From an uncultured Rhodospirillaceae bacterium (lineage in GTDB: Bacteria; Pseudomonadota; Alphaproteobacteria; Rhodospirillales; UBA2165): 64,000 nucleotides of DNA. The notes beneath the pieces were generated by a model, which saw nothing but the letters and a program-made list of their open reading frames with translations, was not told where the DNA came from and made no database searches. The translations under genes and the position numbers were made by a program. Shown in pieces: positions 39,583 to 49,003 of this stretch (the stretch's first letter is position 1; each line of letters opens with the position of its first letter). Location: positions 23,605-87,604 of the forward strand of contig CAJWAR010000009.1 in NCBI GenBank assembly GCA_913020445.1. The letters run 5' to 3'.

Positions 39583-40443
39583 ATGAATATCGTGAAAACC
39601 CTAGCGGCAGCTGCTGTTATCGCAGGCCTGTCTGCGCCGGCTTTTGCAGAAACCTTTACCTTCACCGCCATTCCCGATCAGGATGACAGTGCGTTGAAGG
39701 CGCGCTTTGGCAAAATCGCCAATTACCTCTCCAAAGAACTGGGCGTCGATGTCAAATATATCCCGGTAAAATCATATTCAGCCGCGGTTACCGCGTTTCG
39801 CAACAATCAGGTGCAACTGGCTTGGTTCGGCGGGCTTTCCGGCGTGCGTGCACGCAATCTCGTCAGCGGCTCGCAAGCGATCGCGCAAGGTGCGGAAGAT
39901 AAGGCGTTTAAAACCTATTTTATTGCTCATAGCAGCACCGGCTTAAAAAGGTCCGATGACTTACCAAAAGCCGTTCAAGGCAAAACTTTTACATTTGGCT
40001 CCAAGGGCTCTACTTCAGGCCGCCTGATGCCGGAATTTCATATCCGCCAAATATTTAAAAGCGCACCGAATAAAGTCTTCAAACGGGTGGGCTTTAGCGG
40101 TGATCACTCCCGGACCATTGCGCTGGTTCAATCCGGCGCCTTTCAAGTAGGTGCAGTCAACTTTGCCGTTTGGAATAAGGAGATGAAGGCCGGTAAAATT
40201 GATACGTCTAAAGTCGCCATTATTTGGACCACTCCTGATTACCCGGATTACAATTGGAGCATTCGAGGTGATGCCAATAAAAGATATGGTGCCGGATTTA
40301 TCGGCAAGGTGCAACGAGCTCTCCTTGGCTTGAAGGACCCGGATTTGCTCAAACAATTCCCCCGCAGTGCTTTCATTCCGGCCAGCAATAAAGACTACGC
40401 GCCAATTGTCTCAGTCGGCAAAAAAATTGGCCTGTTGGAATAG
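39583..40443 (+). CDS. PhnD-family ABC substrate-binding protein (putative selenate/selenium-oxyanion subfamily)
   Basis: Signal peptide, FTAIPDQD, LAWFGGLSG, GSTSGRLMP, FSGDHS, YPDYNW. Confidence 0.8.
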   Translation: MNIVKTLAAAAVIAGLSAPAFAETFTFTAIPDQDDSALKARFGKIANYLSKELGVDVKYIPVKSYSAAVTAFRNNQVQLAWFGGLSGVRARNLVSGSQAIAQGAEDKAFKTYFIAHSSTGLKRSDDLPKAVQGKTFTFGSKGSTSGRLMPEFHIRQIFKSAPNKVFKRVGFSGDHSRTIALVQSGAFQVGAVNFAVWNKEMKAGKIDTSKVAIIWTTPDYPDYNWSIRGDANKRYGAGFIGKVQRALLGLKDPDLLKQFPRSAFIPASNKDYAPIVSVGKKIGLLE

Positions 40444-40458
40444 CGGCCACACCTCGAC

Positions 40459-41130
40459 ATGCTAACCCGGTCTGATCCTTTGCTGGAACTTGAAAATGCC
40501 ACTGTCAGCTATAACGGCGAGGCGGTTCTCAAAAACCTATCGCTAGAAATCGTGCCGGGTGAGAAGATCGCCTTGGTCGGTCAAAGTGGCGCCGGTAAAT
40601 CAACCTTGCTTAATTTGCTTTATCAGCAATGTGACGAAGATGCCGCCTTGGTGCCGCAGGACCTTGGGCTCGTTCGATCTCTTTCGGTCTTTCACAATGT
40701 CTTCATGGGACGGCTTAATACGCACCCGACTTGGTACAACATCGCCAATCTGGTCAAGCCGTTAAAAAAGGAAGTTGATCAGATTTCACCAATACTTGGC
40801 CAGCTTGGCCTTGAGGAAAAAATATTCGAGCCGATCCGGGAATTGTCCGGCGGCCAACAGCAGCGCACCGCCGTCGCTCGGGCTATTTTTAAAGACAGCT
40901 CGATCTTTTTCGGCGATGAACCGGTTTCAGCCGTTGACGAACACCAGTCTCACACTGTTTTACAAGCGATCACCGTCAGCCATCAGACAGTTGTTCTATC
41001 AATGCACGATGTCGATCTTGCACTGCGTTATACGGATCGCGTCATTGGTTTGAGGCTCGGCGAATTGGTATTGGATCAACCGACAACGAATATCAGGGCA
41101 GCGGACCTTGACGACCTCTATAAGCAGTAG
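40459..41130 (+). CDS. ABC ATPase, PhnC-like
   Basis: GQSGAGKS, LSGGQQQR, DEPVS, HD. Confidence 0.9.
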   Translation: MLTRSDPLLELENATVSYNGEAVLKNLSLEIVPGEKIALVGQSGAGKSTLLNLLYQQCDEDAALVPQDLGLVRSLSVFHNVFMGRLNTHPTWYNIANLVKPLKKEVDQISPILGQLGLEEKIFEPIRELSGGQQQRTAVARAIFKDSSIFFGDEPVSAVDEHQSHTVLQAITVSHQTVVLSMHDVDLALRYTDRVIGLRLGELVLDQPTTNIRAADLDDLYKQ

Positions 41131-42631
41131 CAATTTTGCCAGCGGCACGAAGCCCCGCCCGCTGCTCCGCGCCAGCCTCGGTTTTGTTGCCGTTGCGGTC
41201 GTTCTGGGACTATTTGGCGATTTTGAAATTACCACGCTTGATCCCTGGATCGAGATCAAACGCATGGCCATCGGGGCCACCACACCCGACTTTTCGGCGA
41301 CGGAAGATTTGTGGCAAGCTGTCGTCAATACGGTCGCCTTTGCCATATTGGGTGTGGCGCTCGGCAATGCGTTGGGATTCCCGCTGGCTCTCGTCTTCAA
41401 GTTTCGCGCTGTCCGAGCCGGCTGCGCTTTTATCCGCGCCATTCATGAACTTTTCTGGGCGCTTATTTTCCTTCAGGTCTTTGGCCTAACGCCACTCACC
41501 GGTATGCTGGCCATCGCCATTCCTTACGCCGGTATCTTCGCCAAGGTTTATTCCGAAATATTGGAAGAATCCGACCCCGCACCCCTGTTGGCGCTACCCA
41601 AAGGCACCAGCTCGATCACGACTTTTATGTTTGTCCGCATGCCCGATGCCTGGGTGCATTTTAAAACCTATGCCCTCTATCGTTTGGAATGCGGGTTGCG
41701 CTCAAGTGCGGTCTTGGGATTTGTTGGCTTACCGACTATCGGTTTTCATTTGGAGTCAGCATTTTCGCAAGGCAAATATTCTGAAGTCGCCGCCCTGCTG
41801 ATCATTTTTTATGTCATCATCGCGACCATTCGAAAATGGGTGCATTCACGCCTGATCCCGGTTTACATACTATTAGCGCTGTTGGTTATTCCCTGGGGGG
41901 GCGAATTTTCCTCCAGCAATATTCTCCGCTTCATAACCCACGATATATTGCCGCATCCATTACACGTTGCTGATACTATTGATATGACGACCTTAGCGGC
42001 GCTAGGCTCTTGGCTCAGCACGATGTGGAATGAGCAAGCCGTGCCGGGCATTATTGCGACGGTGATCCTAACCCAAGTTGCTTTGGTCGGTTCCGGGGCG
42101 CTAACGCTGCTCTTTTTCCCGCTGATCTCGCCTAAGTTTTTTAACACCTTCGGGCGCACTACCGGTCATATTTTTTTGGTGATTTTGCGTTCAACACCGG
42201 AATATGTGCTGGCGCTGATTTGTTTGTTGATGTGGGGACCATCGATGCTGCCGGCGGCGGTCGCCCTAGCGCTCCATAACGGCGCCATTATCGGCCATCT
42301 GATTGGGCGCTATACGGAAGATATGACCCTCAGACCGGATCAACCCAGGGGTCTTAATCTCTATGCCTATGATGTGCTGCCCCGGCTCTATCCTCAGTTT
42401 CTGGCGTTTCTATTCTATCGTTGGGAAGTGATTATGCGGGAAACCGCCATTCTAGGCATTCTCGGCATCGCCACTCTGGGTTTTTATATCGACAGCGCCT
42501 TCGCCGATCTGCGTTTTGATCGAGCGCTGTTTCTAATTATTATCACGGCGGTCCTCAACATCTGCATCGACAGCCTGTCACGTTTCATAAGAGGGCGGCT
42601 GAGGCTCAAAACAACGGCTGATGTCGTGTAA
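41108..42631 (+). CDS. ABC permease with two PhnE-like domains
   Basis: RAIHELFWA, YRLECGLRSSAVLG, RSTPEY, YRWEVIMRETAILG. Confidence 0.85.
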   Translation: MTTSISSSNFASGTKPRPLLRASLGFVAVAVVLGLFGDFEITTLDPWIEIKRMAIGATTPDFSATEDLWQAVVNTVAFAILGVALGNALGFPLALVFKFRAVRAGCAFIRAIHELFWALIFLQVFGLTPLTGMLAIAIPYAGIFAKVYSEILEESDPAPLLALPKGTSSITTFMFVRMPDAWVHFKTYALYRLECGLRSSAVLGFVGLPTIGFHLESAFSQGKYSEVAALLIIFYVIIATIRKWVHSRLIPVYILLALLVIPWGGEFSSSNILRFITHDILPHPLHVADTIDMTTLAALGSWLSTMWNEQAVPGIIATVILTQVALVGSGALTLLFFPLISPKFFNTFGRTTGHIFLVILRSTPEYVLALICLLMWGPSMLPAAVALALHNGAIIGHLIGRYTEDMTLRPDQPRGLNLYAYDVLPRLYPQFLAFLFYRWEVIMRETAILGILGIATLGFYIDSAFADLRFDRALFLIIITAVLNICIDSLSRFIRGRLRLKTTADVV

Positions 42632-43585
42632 TTATCCCAATTCCGCCAGCAGCTTTTTCCAGCGGCGTTTTTCTTCCGCTGGCTTGAAAAGTTTGGCGCG
42701 GGCTTGGCAGCGTTTAGTCAGATCAGCCAAGAACGCTTTATCATTCTCACATTTAAGTAACACCTTCTGCAGTGCCTTTTCGTCGCCGACTGGATAATAG
42801 CCGGGATAGTCTTTACCCAGCATGCCAATATTGCCGTTGATTTTAGAGGCAATCACCGGCACGCCAGCGACCAGCGCTTCCGAAACCACATTGGCACCAC
42901 CCTCGGACAAAGACGTGATGATCATTAAATTTGTCTTGGTCAGCTCGCGGCGGACCTGCCAACCCGCTTTCTCCCCTTGCCAAAGATAGCGTGGATTGCG
43001 CTTCATTTCAGCCAGGCCCTTTTTCTCCCACGCCTTGTTGTGAGCTTTACCAAAATGGATGAGCCGAAGCTTTGAGCTTTCCGGCACGCCCCGGAGCGCG
43101 AGGGCACCCCGGAGCGGGTCTTTGACATCCCGCATATGGCCAATCAGGCAAATATCAAAATGGCTGCGGGCGGGCTGGCGCTTTTTAGGTAATGGCGGCG
43201 CTGACTGATAAATCACATGAAGTTTCTGGCGGAACTTTTTGGGTGTAACGTCAACGGCCAGATCGTGAAGACAAACCAACGCATCGGCCGTCACCATTGA
43301 GGCCAATGTAGGTTTCGGATCTGTTCGGATAAACTCGTTAATGTCAGTGCCGGTCAAAGCCAGCACCAGCGGGCGATCGGGATACCTCTTGCGAAACAAC
43401 TTAATCGAGCCGGCACTGCGCCAGGCATGTAAGGCAACCATCAAATCGGTATTCCGGCCCTCATACTCAACAGCAATCTCGACGCGATGGCCCAAATCAC
43501 GCAATATACGGGCCCAACGGAGCGCCGTCGTGCGATTTCCGTTTTTTGAACGTTTTTTTGCCGGCGTGATTAGGCTAATCTTCAT
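42632..43585 (-). CDS. senB: Selenosugar synthase SenB (GT4-like)
   Basis: MKISLITPA..NGNRTTALRW, ALHAWRS, LTGTD, GHMRDVKDP, EGGANV; start at MKISL. Confidence 0.85.
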   Translation of the reverse strand: MKISLITPAKKRSKNGNRTTALRWARILRDLGHRVEIAVEYEGRNTDLMVALHAWRSAGSIKLFRKRYPDRPLVLALTGTDINEFIRTDPKPTLASMVTADALVCLHDLAVDVTPKKFRQKLHVIYQSAPPLPKKRQPARSHFDICLIGHMRDVKDPLRGALALRGVPESSKLRLIHFGKAHNKAWEKKGLAEMKRNPRYLWQGEKAGWQVRRELTKTNLMIITSLSEGGANVVSEALVAGVPVIASKINGNIGMLGKDYPGYYPVGDEKALQKVLLKCENDKAFLADLTKRCQARAKLFKPAEEKRRWKKLLAELG

Positions 43586-43622
43586 ATGGTTTCCGCAGCG
43601 TATTTCCCGATGGATAAATATT

Positions 43623-44972
43623 ATGACTGAAATTGTTAGCACACAAACATTAGTAGATTTACTCGAAGATGCGAATTCACGCACTCTTGAATTGGTCGCT
43701 GGTCTCGACAGTGAACAGATCATTGGACCCCAGCTGCCGATCGTAAACCCGCTGCTGTGGGAAATCGGCCACGTCGGCTGGTTTTATGAGCAATTTATTC
43801 TGCGCCTGCTTTACGGTGGTGAACAAGCTCTTGATAATGGTGATGATATGTATGATTCAATCGCCATTGAGCATGGCGTACGCTGGGATTTACCGTTATT
43901 GCCGCTTCCCGACTCACTTAAATATATCGATGATGTTAGAAACCGCCTGATCGACCGGCTGGGTGACATTTCGACTGAAAATATGGCGAGCGAGCAAGAT
44001 AGCTTTATTTACCCGTTCGCCACTTTCCATGAAGATATGCACACCGAAGCCTATACCTACACCCGCAACACGCTTGAATATCCGTTGCCGGATTTTGGCG
44101 CTGCTAAGACGCTCGATAAAACTGCTCTTGAAACCGGACCCCTCTCTGGAGATGTTGAGATATCCGGCGGCACGTTTATGTTGGGCTCAACGCCGGATGA
44201 GCCTTTTTTATTTGATAACGAAAAATGGGGCCATGATGTAACAGTTTATCCGTTCCAGATGGCCCGCGCTCCGGTCACCAATCAAGACTTTGCTGGCTTT
44301 GTCGCCGATGACGGCTATCAACGCCGCGATCTCTGGCATGATATTGGTTGGGGCTGGCGGCAGCGGGCAAAAGCCGAGCACCCGGTTTATTGGCTTCCAG
44401 ATGGCGAGAACAGTTGGCAGATGCGCCACTATGACCAAACCATCGACCTGCCCTTACACCAGCCGCTCATTCATGTGAACTGGTATGAAGCGAGCGCCTA
44501 TTGCAAATGGGCCAACCGCCGCCTGCCGACCGAGATCGAGTGGGAAGTGGCAGCAACCACGGAACCGGTCAATGGCGGCAATGAATTCTCCAAAACCAAA
44601 CGCCGCTATCCGTGGGGAGATTCCGGAGGCGATGACGCCGCCACTCTCTCCCGCGCTAATCTCGATGGCCGCGGGCTTGGCTGTGTTGATGTTGCCGCCT
44701 TTGCCGACGGTGATAGTGCCTGGGGAATTCGTCAAATGCTGGGCAATGTCTGGGAATGGACCGACAGCAACTTCGAGCCCTACCCCGGCTTTAAAGCTGA
44801 TTCATACAAAGAATATTCCGAGCCGGTCTTCGGCACCCGCAAAGTTTTGCGGGGCGGTGCGTGGGCAACCAGGAGCCGAATGGTCAATAGTAAGTATCGT
44901 AATTTTTTCACCCCGGAACGCCGTGACGTCTTTGGCGGATTTCGGACTTGTGCGCCGCATAATTGGCCTTAA
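43623..44972 (+). CDS. senA: Selenoneine synthase SenA (EgtB homolog; DinB + FGE-sulfatase domains)
   Basis: VNPLLWEIGHVGWF, FHEDMHTEA, RRLPTE.EWE, GNVWEW, YRNFFTP; adjacent to senB. Confidence 0.85.
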   Translation: MTEIVSTQTLVDLLEDANSRTLELVAGLDSEQIIGPQLPIVNPLLWEIGHVGWFYEQFILRLLYGGEQALDNGDDMYDSIAIEHGVRWDLPLLPLPDSLKYIDDVRNRLIDRLGDISTENMASEQDSFIYPFATFHEDMHTEAYTYTRNTLEYPLPDFGAAKTLDKTALETGPLSGDVEISGGTFMLGSTPDEPFLFDNEKWGHDVTVYPFQMARAPVTNQDFAGFVADDGYQRRDLWHDIGWGWRQRAKAEHPVYWLPDGENSWQMRHYDQTIDLPLHQPLIHVNWYEASAYCKWANRRLPTEIEWEVAATTEPVNGGNEFSKTKRRYPWGDSGGDDAATLSRANLDGRGLGCVDVAAFADGDSAWGIRQMLGNVWEWTDSNFEPYPGFKADSYKEYSEPVFGTRKVLRGGAWATRSRMVNSKYRNFFTPERRDVFGGFRTCAPHNWP

Positions 44973-45065
44973 AATCAGGCTTCGGTCCAAGGGATTATTG
45001 TAATTTTGAATAAAGGTGCGGAGATGCCTAAATTCGTTTGTTTAAGTAAGGAGGCTATTTAGCCG

Positions 45066-46607
45066 ATGACTACCATGACCTCAGCATTGCTGCGGACCAA
45101 CCGACTATTCGGTGACCGGCCAGCTGTTATTGATGCTGAAATAAATCTCACCTGGAGTGAGCATATTGAACGCATCCAGAAGCTGGCAACCGCGCTTGCC
45201 GGCTTGGGGATCAAGAAAGGCGACCGCTTCGGCATTATTGGACCAAATTCCTTCCGCTATACGGAACTAATGTATGCCGGCTTTTGGGCCGGCGCTATTG
45301 CCGTGCCGATCAACCATCGCCTCGCACCACCGGAAATTCTCCACATTCTCGAAGATGCTGAGTGCAAATTCTTAGCACTCGGTGATGACTATCTAAACCT
45401 CACCGATGATGATCAGCTTGCTCCTTGGCGGGACAAAAGAATTGCTATTGGTGCTACCTCGCCAGACAAAGACGTGCCGGCGATGGACGAGTTACTCAAC
45501 GCGGCCGACCCGGCTGAGCCACAGGACCCGAACGAAGATGATCTCGCTCTTTTGCTTTATACCGGCGGCACGACCGGACGCAGCAAGGGCGTCCAGCTCA
45601 CTCACCGCAATGTTTATTCCAATGGCTGGCAGGTCATCAATGCCATGGAGATTATCAAAGAAGATGTTTATCTCCATGTCGCGCCGATGTTTCACGCCGC
45701 CGATTTGCTAGGTACCGGTTACACCATCAACGGCTGCGCCCATTCATATTTGCCGGTTTTCACACCAACCGGTGTGCTCCAAGCTATTCAGGATTATAAA
45801 GTCACTCAATGTATGATGGCGCCGACCATGATTATCATGATTTTGGAAGAGCCGACTTTTGACGATTACGATATTTCGACCTATCGTAATTTGTTTTATG
45901 GCTCCTCGCCGATGGCCGCTGAATGGGTTGAAAAATCGATCCAACGCTTCACCAACGCAGAAGTCCAGCAAGGTTACGGGCTAACCGAAACCTCCCCAAT
46001 ACTAACCACTTTGGATGCCGACGATCACCGCGACGCAGTTGCCAGTGGTGACATCGGTATTTTACGTGCTGCTGGTCGGCCGGTAATCGGCATTGATCTT
46101 AAAATCCTCGATGATGACGGTAATGAAGTACCGACCGGAGAGGCTGGCGAAGTCTGCGTTCGCGGACCGAATGTCACTCCCGGCTATCTCAACCGGCCCG
46201 AGGAAAATGAAAAAGCTTTCAAAAATGGCTGGTTCCACACCGGCGATGTCGGCCGGGTCGATGAAAACGGCGTGATGTTTTTGATGGACCGCAAGAAAGA
46301 CATGATCGTCAGTGGCGGCGAGAACATCTACACCTCTGAAGTTGAAGCAGCCCTCTACAAGCATCCGGATGTGTTCGAATGTGCGGTCATTGGTGTACCG
46401 GACGACAAATACGGTGAATCTCTTTTCGCTGTCATTGTAACCGCACCCGGTGAAACTTTGACCGAAGACATTATTATCGATCACTGCCGCGAGCTTATTG
46501 CCGGCTACAAAATTCCGCGCCAAATGGATTTTGTCGAAGAATTGCCAAAAAGCGCGATGTCTAAAATCCTTAAAAACGAACTTAGGGATATTTACGGTAA
46601 AAAATAG
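45066..46607 (+). CDS. Acyl-CoA synthetase (long-chain/aryl-CoA ligase family)
   Basis: YTGGTTGRSKG, QGYGLTE, WFHTGD, DRKKDMIVSGGEN. Confidence 0.92.
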   Translation: MTTMTSALLRTNRLFGDRPAVIDAEINLTWSEHIERIQKLATALAGLGIKKGDRFGIIGPNSFRYTELMYAGFWAGAIAVPINHRLAPPEILHILEDAECKFLALGDDYLNLTDDDQLAPWRDKRIAIGATSPDKDVPAMDELLNAADPAEPQDPNEDDLALLLYTGGTTGRSKGVQLTHRNVYSNGWQVINAMEIIKEDVYLHVAPMFHAADLLGTGYTINGCAHSYLPVFTPTGVLQAIQDYKVTQCMMAPTMIIMILEEPTFDDYDISTYRNLFYGSSPMAAEWVEKSIQRFTNAEVQQGYGLTETSPILTTLDADDHRDAVASGDIGILRAAGRPVIGIDLKILDDDGNEVPTGEAGEVCVRGPNVTPGYLNRPEENEKAFKNGWFHTGDVGRVDENGVMFLMDRKKDMIVSGGENIYTSEVEAALYKHPDVFECAVIGVPDDKYGESLFAVIVTAPGETLTEDIIIDHCRELIAGYKIPRQMDFVEELPKSAMSKILKNELRDIYGKK

Positions 46608-46651
46608 CGCCCAAGAACAGTGGCGCTTTAAACGGGGAGAAAATATAGTCC

Positions 46652-48985
46652 ATGGGACAATTTGCATTTGGGCAATCTGTTGCCAGAACTGAAGACCCGC
46701 GCCTGCTGACCGGGCGCGGTAACTACGTCAATGATGTGAATTTGCATCGCCAAGCCCACGGCTTTGTGCTGCGCTCGCCCCATCCGCACGCCAAGATATT
46801 GTCAATAGATACAGCCGAAGCCGAAGCAGCGCCCGGCGTGCTCGCGGTTTTAACCGGCACTGATATTCAGGCTGACGGCTTGGGGGTAACTAAAGTAACT
46901 TTCCCGTACAAGCGTGCCGACGGCTCGCCGCTTTTCAGCGTACCCCATCCGGGTCTGGTGACAGACCGTGTGCGTTTTGTCGGTGATTATGTCGCCTTCA
47001 TTGTTGCCGAAACTGTGGCTCAGGCGAAAGACGCTGCCGAGCTAATTGAAATCGATTACGAGCCACTAGATGCAATTACCGATACCGCTTTGGCTCCGGA
47101 AGAAGGTGCGGCCACGGTTTGGGAGGATTGCCCGGATAATGTCTCCAACTATATTTACCAAGGCGATAAAGACGCCACTGATGCAGCGTTTGAGACCGCC
47201 GACAAGATCATCAAACAGCGTTTTGTGATCAACCGGATTTCCGCCAATCCGATGGAAATGCGGGGCTGTGTTGGTGACTACGATCAACGGGAAGGCCGCT
47301 ACATCGTCTATAACGATATTCAGGCACCGCACGCCTTACGTCAGGTTTTGTCCGAAGATATTTTCAAAGTGCCTCAAAAAGACGTGCAGGTGATTGCCGA
47401 CAATGTTGGCGGCGCGTTTGGTATGAAAGGACCGGTCTATCCCGAGATCAGGCTCTGTGCCTGGGCATCAAAGCGGCTTGGCCGACCGGTTAAATGGAGC
47501 TGTGAACGCAGTGAGGCCTTTCAATCTGATGAGCATTGCCGCGATAATGTCTCCGAAGTGGAACTGGCACTTACCAATGACGGTAAATTCCTCGGCTTGC
47601 GCGTTAATACCATCGTGAGTATCGGAGCTTACCTGTCTCAAGACCGAAATATACTGTCATCGGTTATGAATTTGGGGTGCCTCGCTGGCGTCTATACGAC
47701 ACCAGCCATTCACGTCACGGTTCGCAATGTTTTCACCAACACCAACTCAACCTCTCCCTATCGTGGCGCCGGACGTCCGGAAGCTGCCTACATTATCGAA
47801 AGCATGGCCGATTTGGCGGCAAAAGAGCTTGGTCTCGATAGAACTGAAATTCGCCGCCGCAATATCATCCCGGTTGATGCGATGCCGTTTAAGACCGGCC
47901 TCACCTACACCTATGATTGCGGCGAGTTTGAAAAAAACATGGACCGGGTCATGGAGATGATCGATTACGCCGGCTTTGAAGCGAGGCGCGAAGAAGCAAA
48001 AACGCGCGGTAAGCTCCGCGGTATTGCGATTTCAAATTCGGTTGAGCGCGCCGGTGCGCCCTTCCCGGAAACTGTCGAAATTCGCTTTGACCCGACGGGT
48101 ACGGTGACGATATTGGCGGGCACGAAAGATCAAGGGCAAGGTCACGATACGATGTATAAGCAGCTCCTGTCGGACAAACTTGGTATTGATACAGATGATG
48201 TCCGCTTGGTTGACGGTGATACTGATAAAGTGAGCCATGGTCTCGGCACCTTCGGTTCCCGCTCGGCCATCATCGGCGGTTCCGCACTGCATATGGCGGC
48301 CGATAAAATCATCGAAAAAGGCACCAAAATTGCGGCGCAGGTTCTGGAGGCCGCTGAAGCGGACATCGCTTTCGAGGAGGGCCAGTTTAAAATCGCCGGT
48401 ACGGATCGCTCGATTGATGTCCAGGAAGTTGCCAAAATCGCCTACAATCCGAAGCGAATGCCCAAAGGGATTGAACCCGGGCTCGACGAAACTGCCACTT
48501 TTGATCTTCTGCAGACAACTTTTCCCAATGGCTGCCATGGCGTTGAAGTCGAGATCGACGAAGAAACGGGAAAAACCAAGCTTATCAGCTACTACGTGGT
48601 TGATGATGTCGGCAATGTTATCAATCCGTTGATGCTCAAAGGCCAAATATATGGTGGCGTTGTCCAGGGTGTCGGCCAAGCCCTGATGGAAGACATTGCT
48701 TTTGATGCCGATTCCGGTCAGCTGTTATCCGGCTCCTTTATGGATTACGCCATGCCGCGCGCTGATGATCTTTGTTACATGAAAGTTGAAAGCAATCCTG
48801 TGCCGACTGCAGCTAATCCACTGGGCGTCAAAGGCGCTGGTGAAGCGGGCTGCGTCGGCGCCTTGCCGGCAGTGTTGAGTGCCGTCACCGATGCACTATC
48901 GGTCTATGGCATCGACTATATTGAGATGCCGGCGACTGCTGAACGGGTTTGGCAGGCCATTCAAGAAGCAAAAACTGCCACCTAA
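46652..48985 (+). CDS. Xanthine dehydrogenase/CoxL-like molybdopterin-binding subunit
   Basis: EDPRLLTG, VGGAFGMK, PYRGAGRPEA, QGQGH, GTFGSRS, KGAGEAG. Confidence 0.9.
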   Translation: MGQFAFGQSVARTEDPRLLTGRGNYVNDVNLHRQAHGFVLRSPHPHAKILSIDTAEAEAAPGVLAVLTGTDIQADGLGVTKVTFPYKRADGSPLFSVPHPGLVTDRVRFVGDYVAFIVAETVAQAKDAAELIEIDYEPLDAITDTALAPEEGAATVWEDCPDNVSNYIYQGDKDATDAAFETADKIIKQRFVINRISANPMEMRGCVGDYDQREGRYIVYNDIQAPHALRQVLSEDIFKVPQKDVQVIADNVGGAFGMKGPVYPEIRLCAWASKRLGRPVKWSCERSEAFQSDEHCRDNVSEVELALTNDGKFLGLRVNTIVSIGAYLSQDRNILSSVMNLGCLAGVYTTPAIHVTVRNVFTNTNSTSPYRGAGRPEAAYIIESMADLAAKELGLDRTEIRRRNIIPVDAMPFKTGLTYTYDCGEFEKNMDRVMEMIDYAGFEARREEAKTRGKLRGIAISNSVERAGAPFPETVEIRFDPTGTVTILAGTKDQGQGHDTMYKQLLSDKLGIDTDDVRLVDGDTDKVSHGLGTFGSRSAIIGGSALHMAADKIIEKGTKIAAQVLEAAEADIAFEEGQFKIAGTDRSIDVQEVAKIAYNPKRMPKGIEPGLDETATFDLLQTTFPNGCHGVEVEIDEETGKTKLISYYVVDDVGNVINPLMLKGQIYGGVVQGVGQALMEDIAFDADSGQLLSGSFMDYAMPRADDLCYMKVESNPVPTAANPLGVKGAGEAGCVGALPAVLSAVTDALSVYGIDYIEMPATAERVWQAIQEAKTAT

Positions 48986-49003
48986 AAATATTTTAATGGG
49001 GAG

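Noticed and set aside
39583-42631. PhnCDE phosphonate importer tied to the pepM cluster or a C-P lyase
   Set aside because: Over 11 kb from the cluster, no phnG-M genes, and flush with senB; phosphonate binding is not formally excluded
43341-43723. Long overlap of senA and senB in the ORF track
   Set aside because: Artefact of longest-ORF calling; homology starts at 43585 and 43623. The same applies to over-extended starts of hpnC, hpnG, ppd, yciI and the riboflavin kinase
43623-44972. Ergothioneine sulfoxide synthase EgtB
   Set aside because: NPLLWEIGH and HEDMH motifs plus adjacency to senB fit SenA better than EgtB
46652-48985. Form I CO dehydrogenase
   Set aside because: Active-site loop is PYRGAGR, not AYxCSFR; no coxM/coxS adjacent
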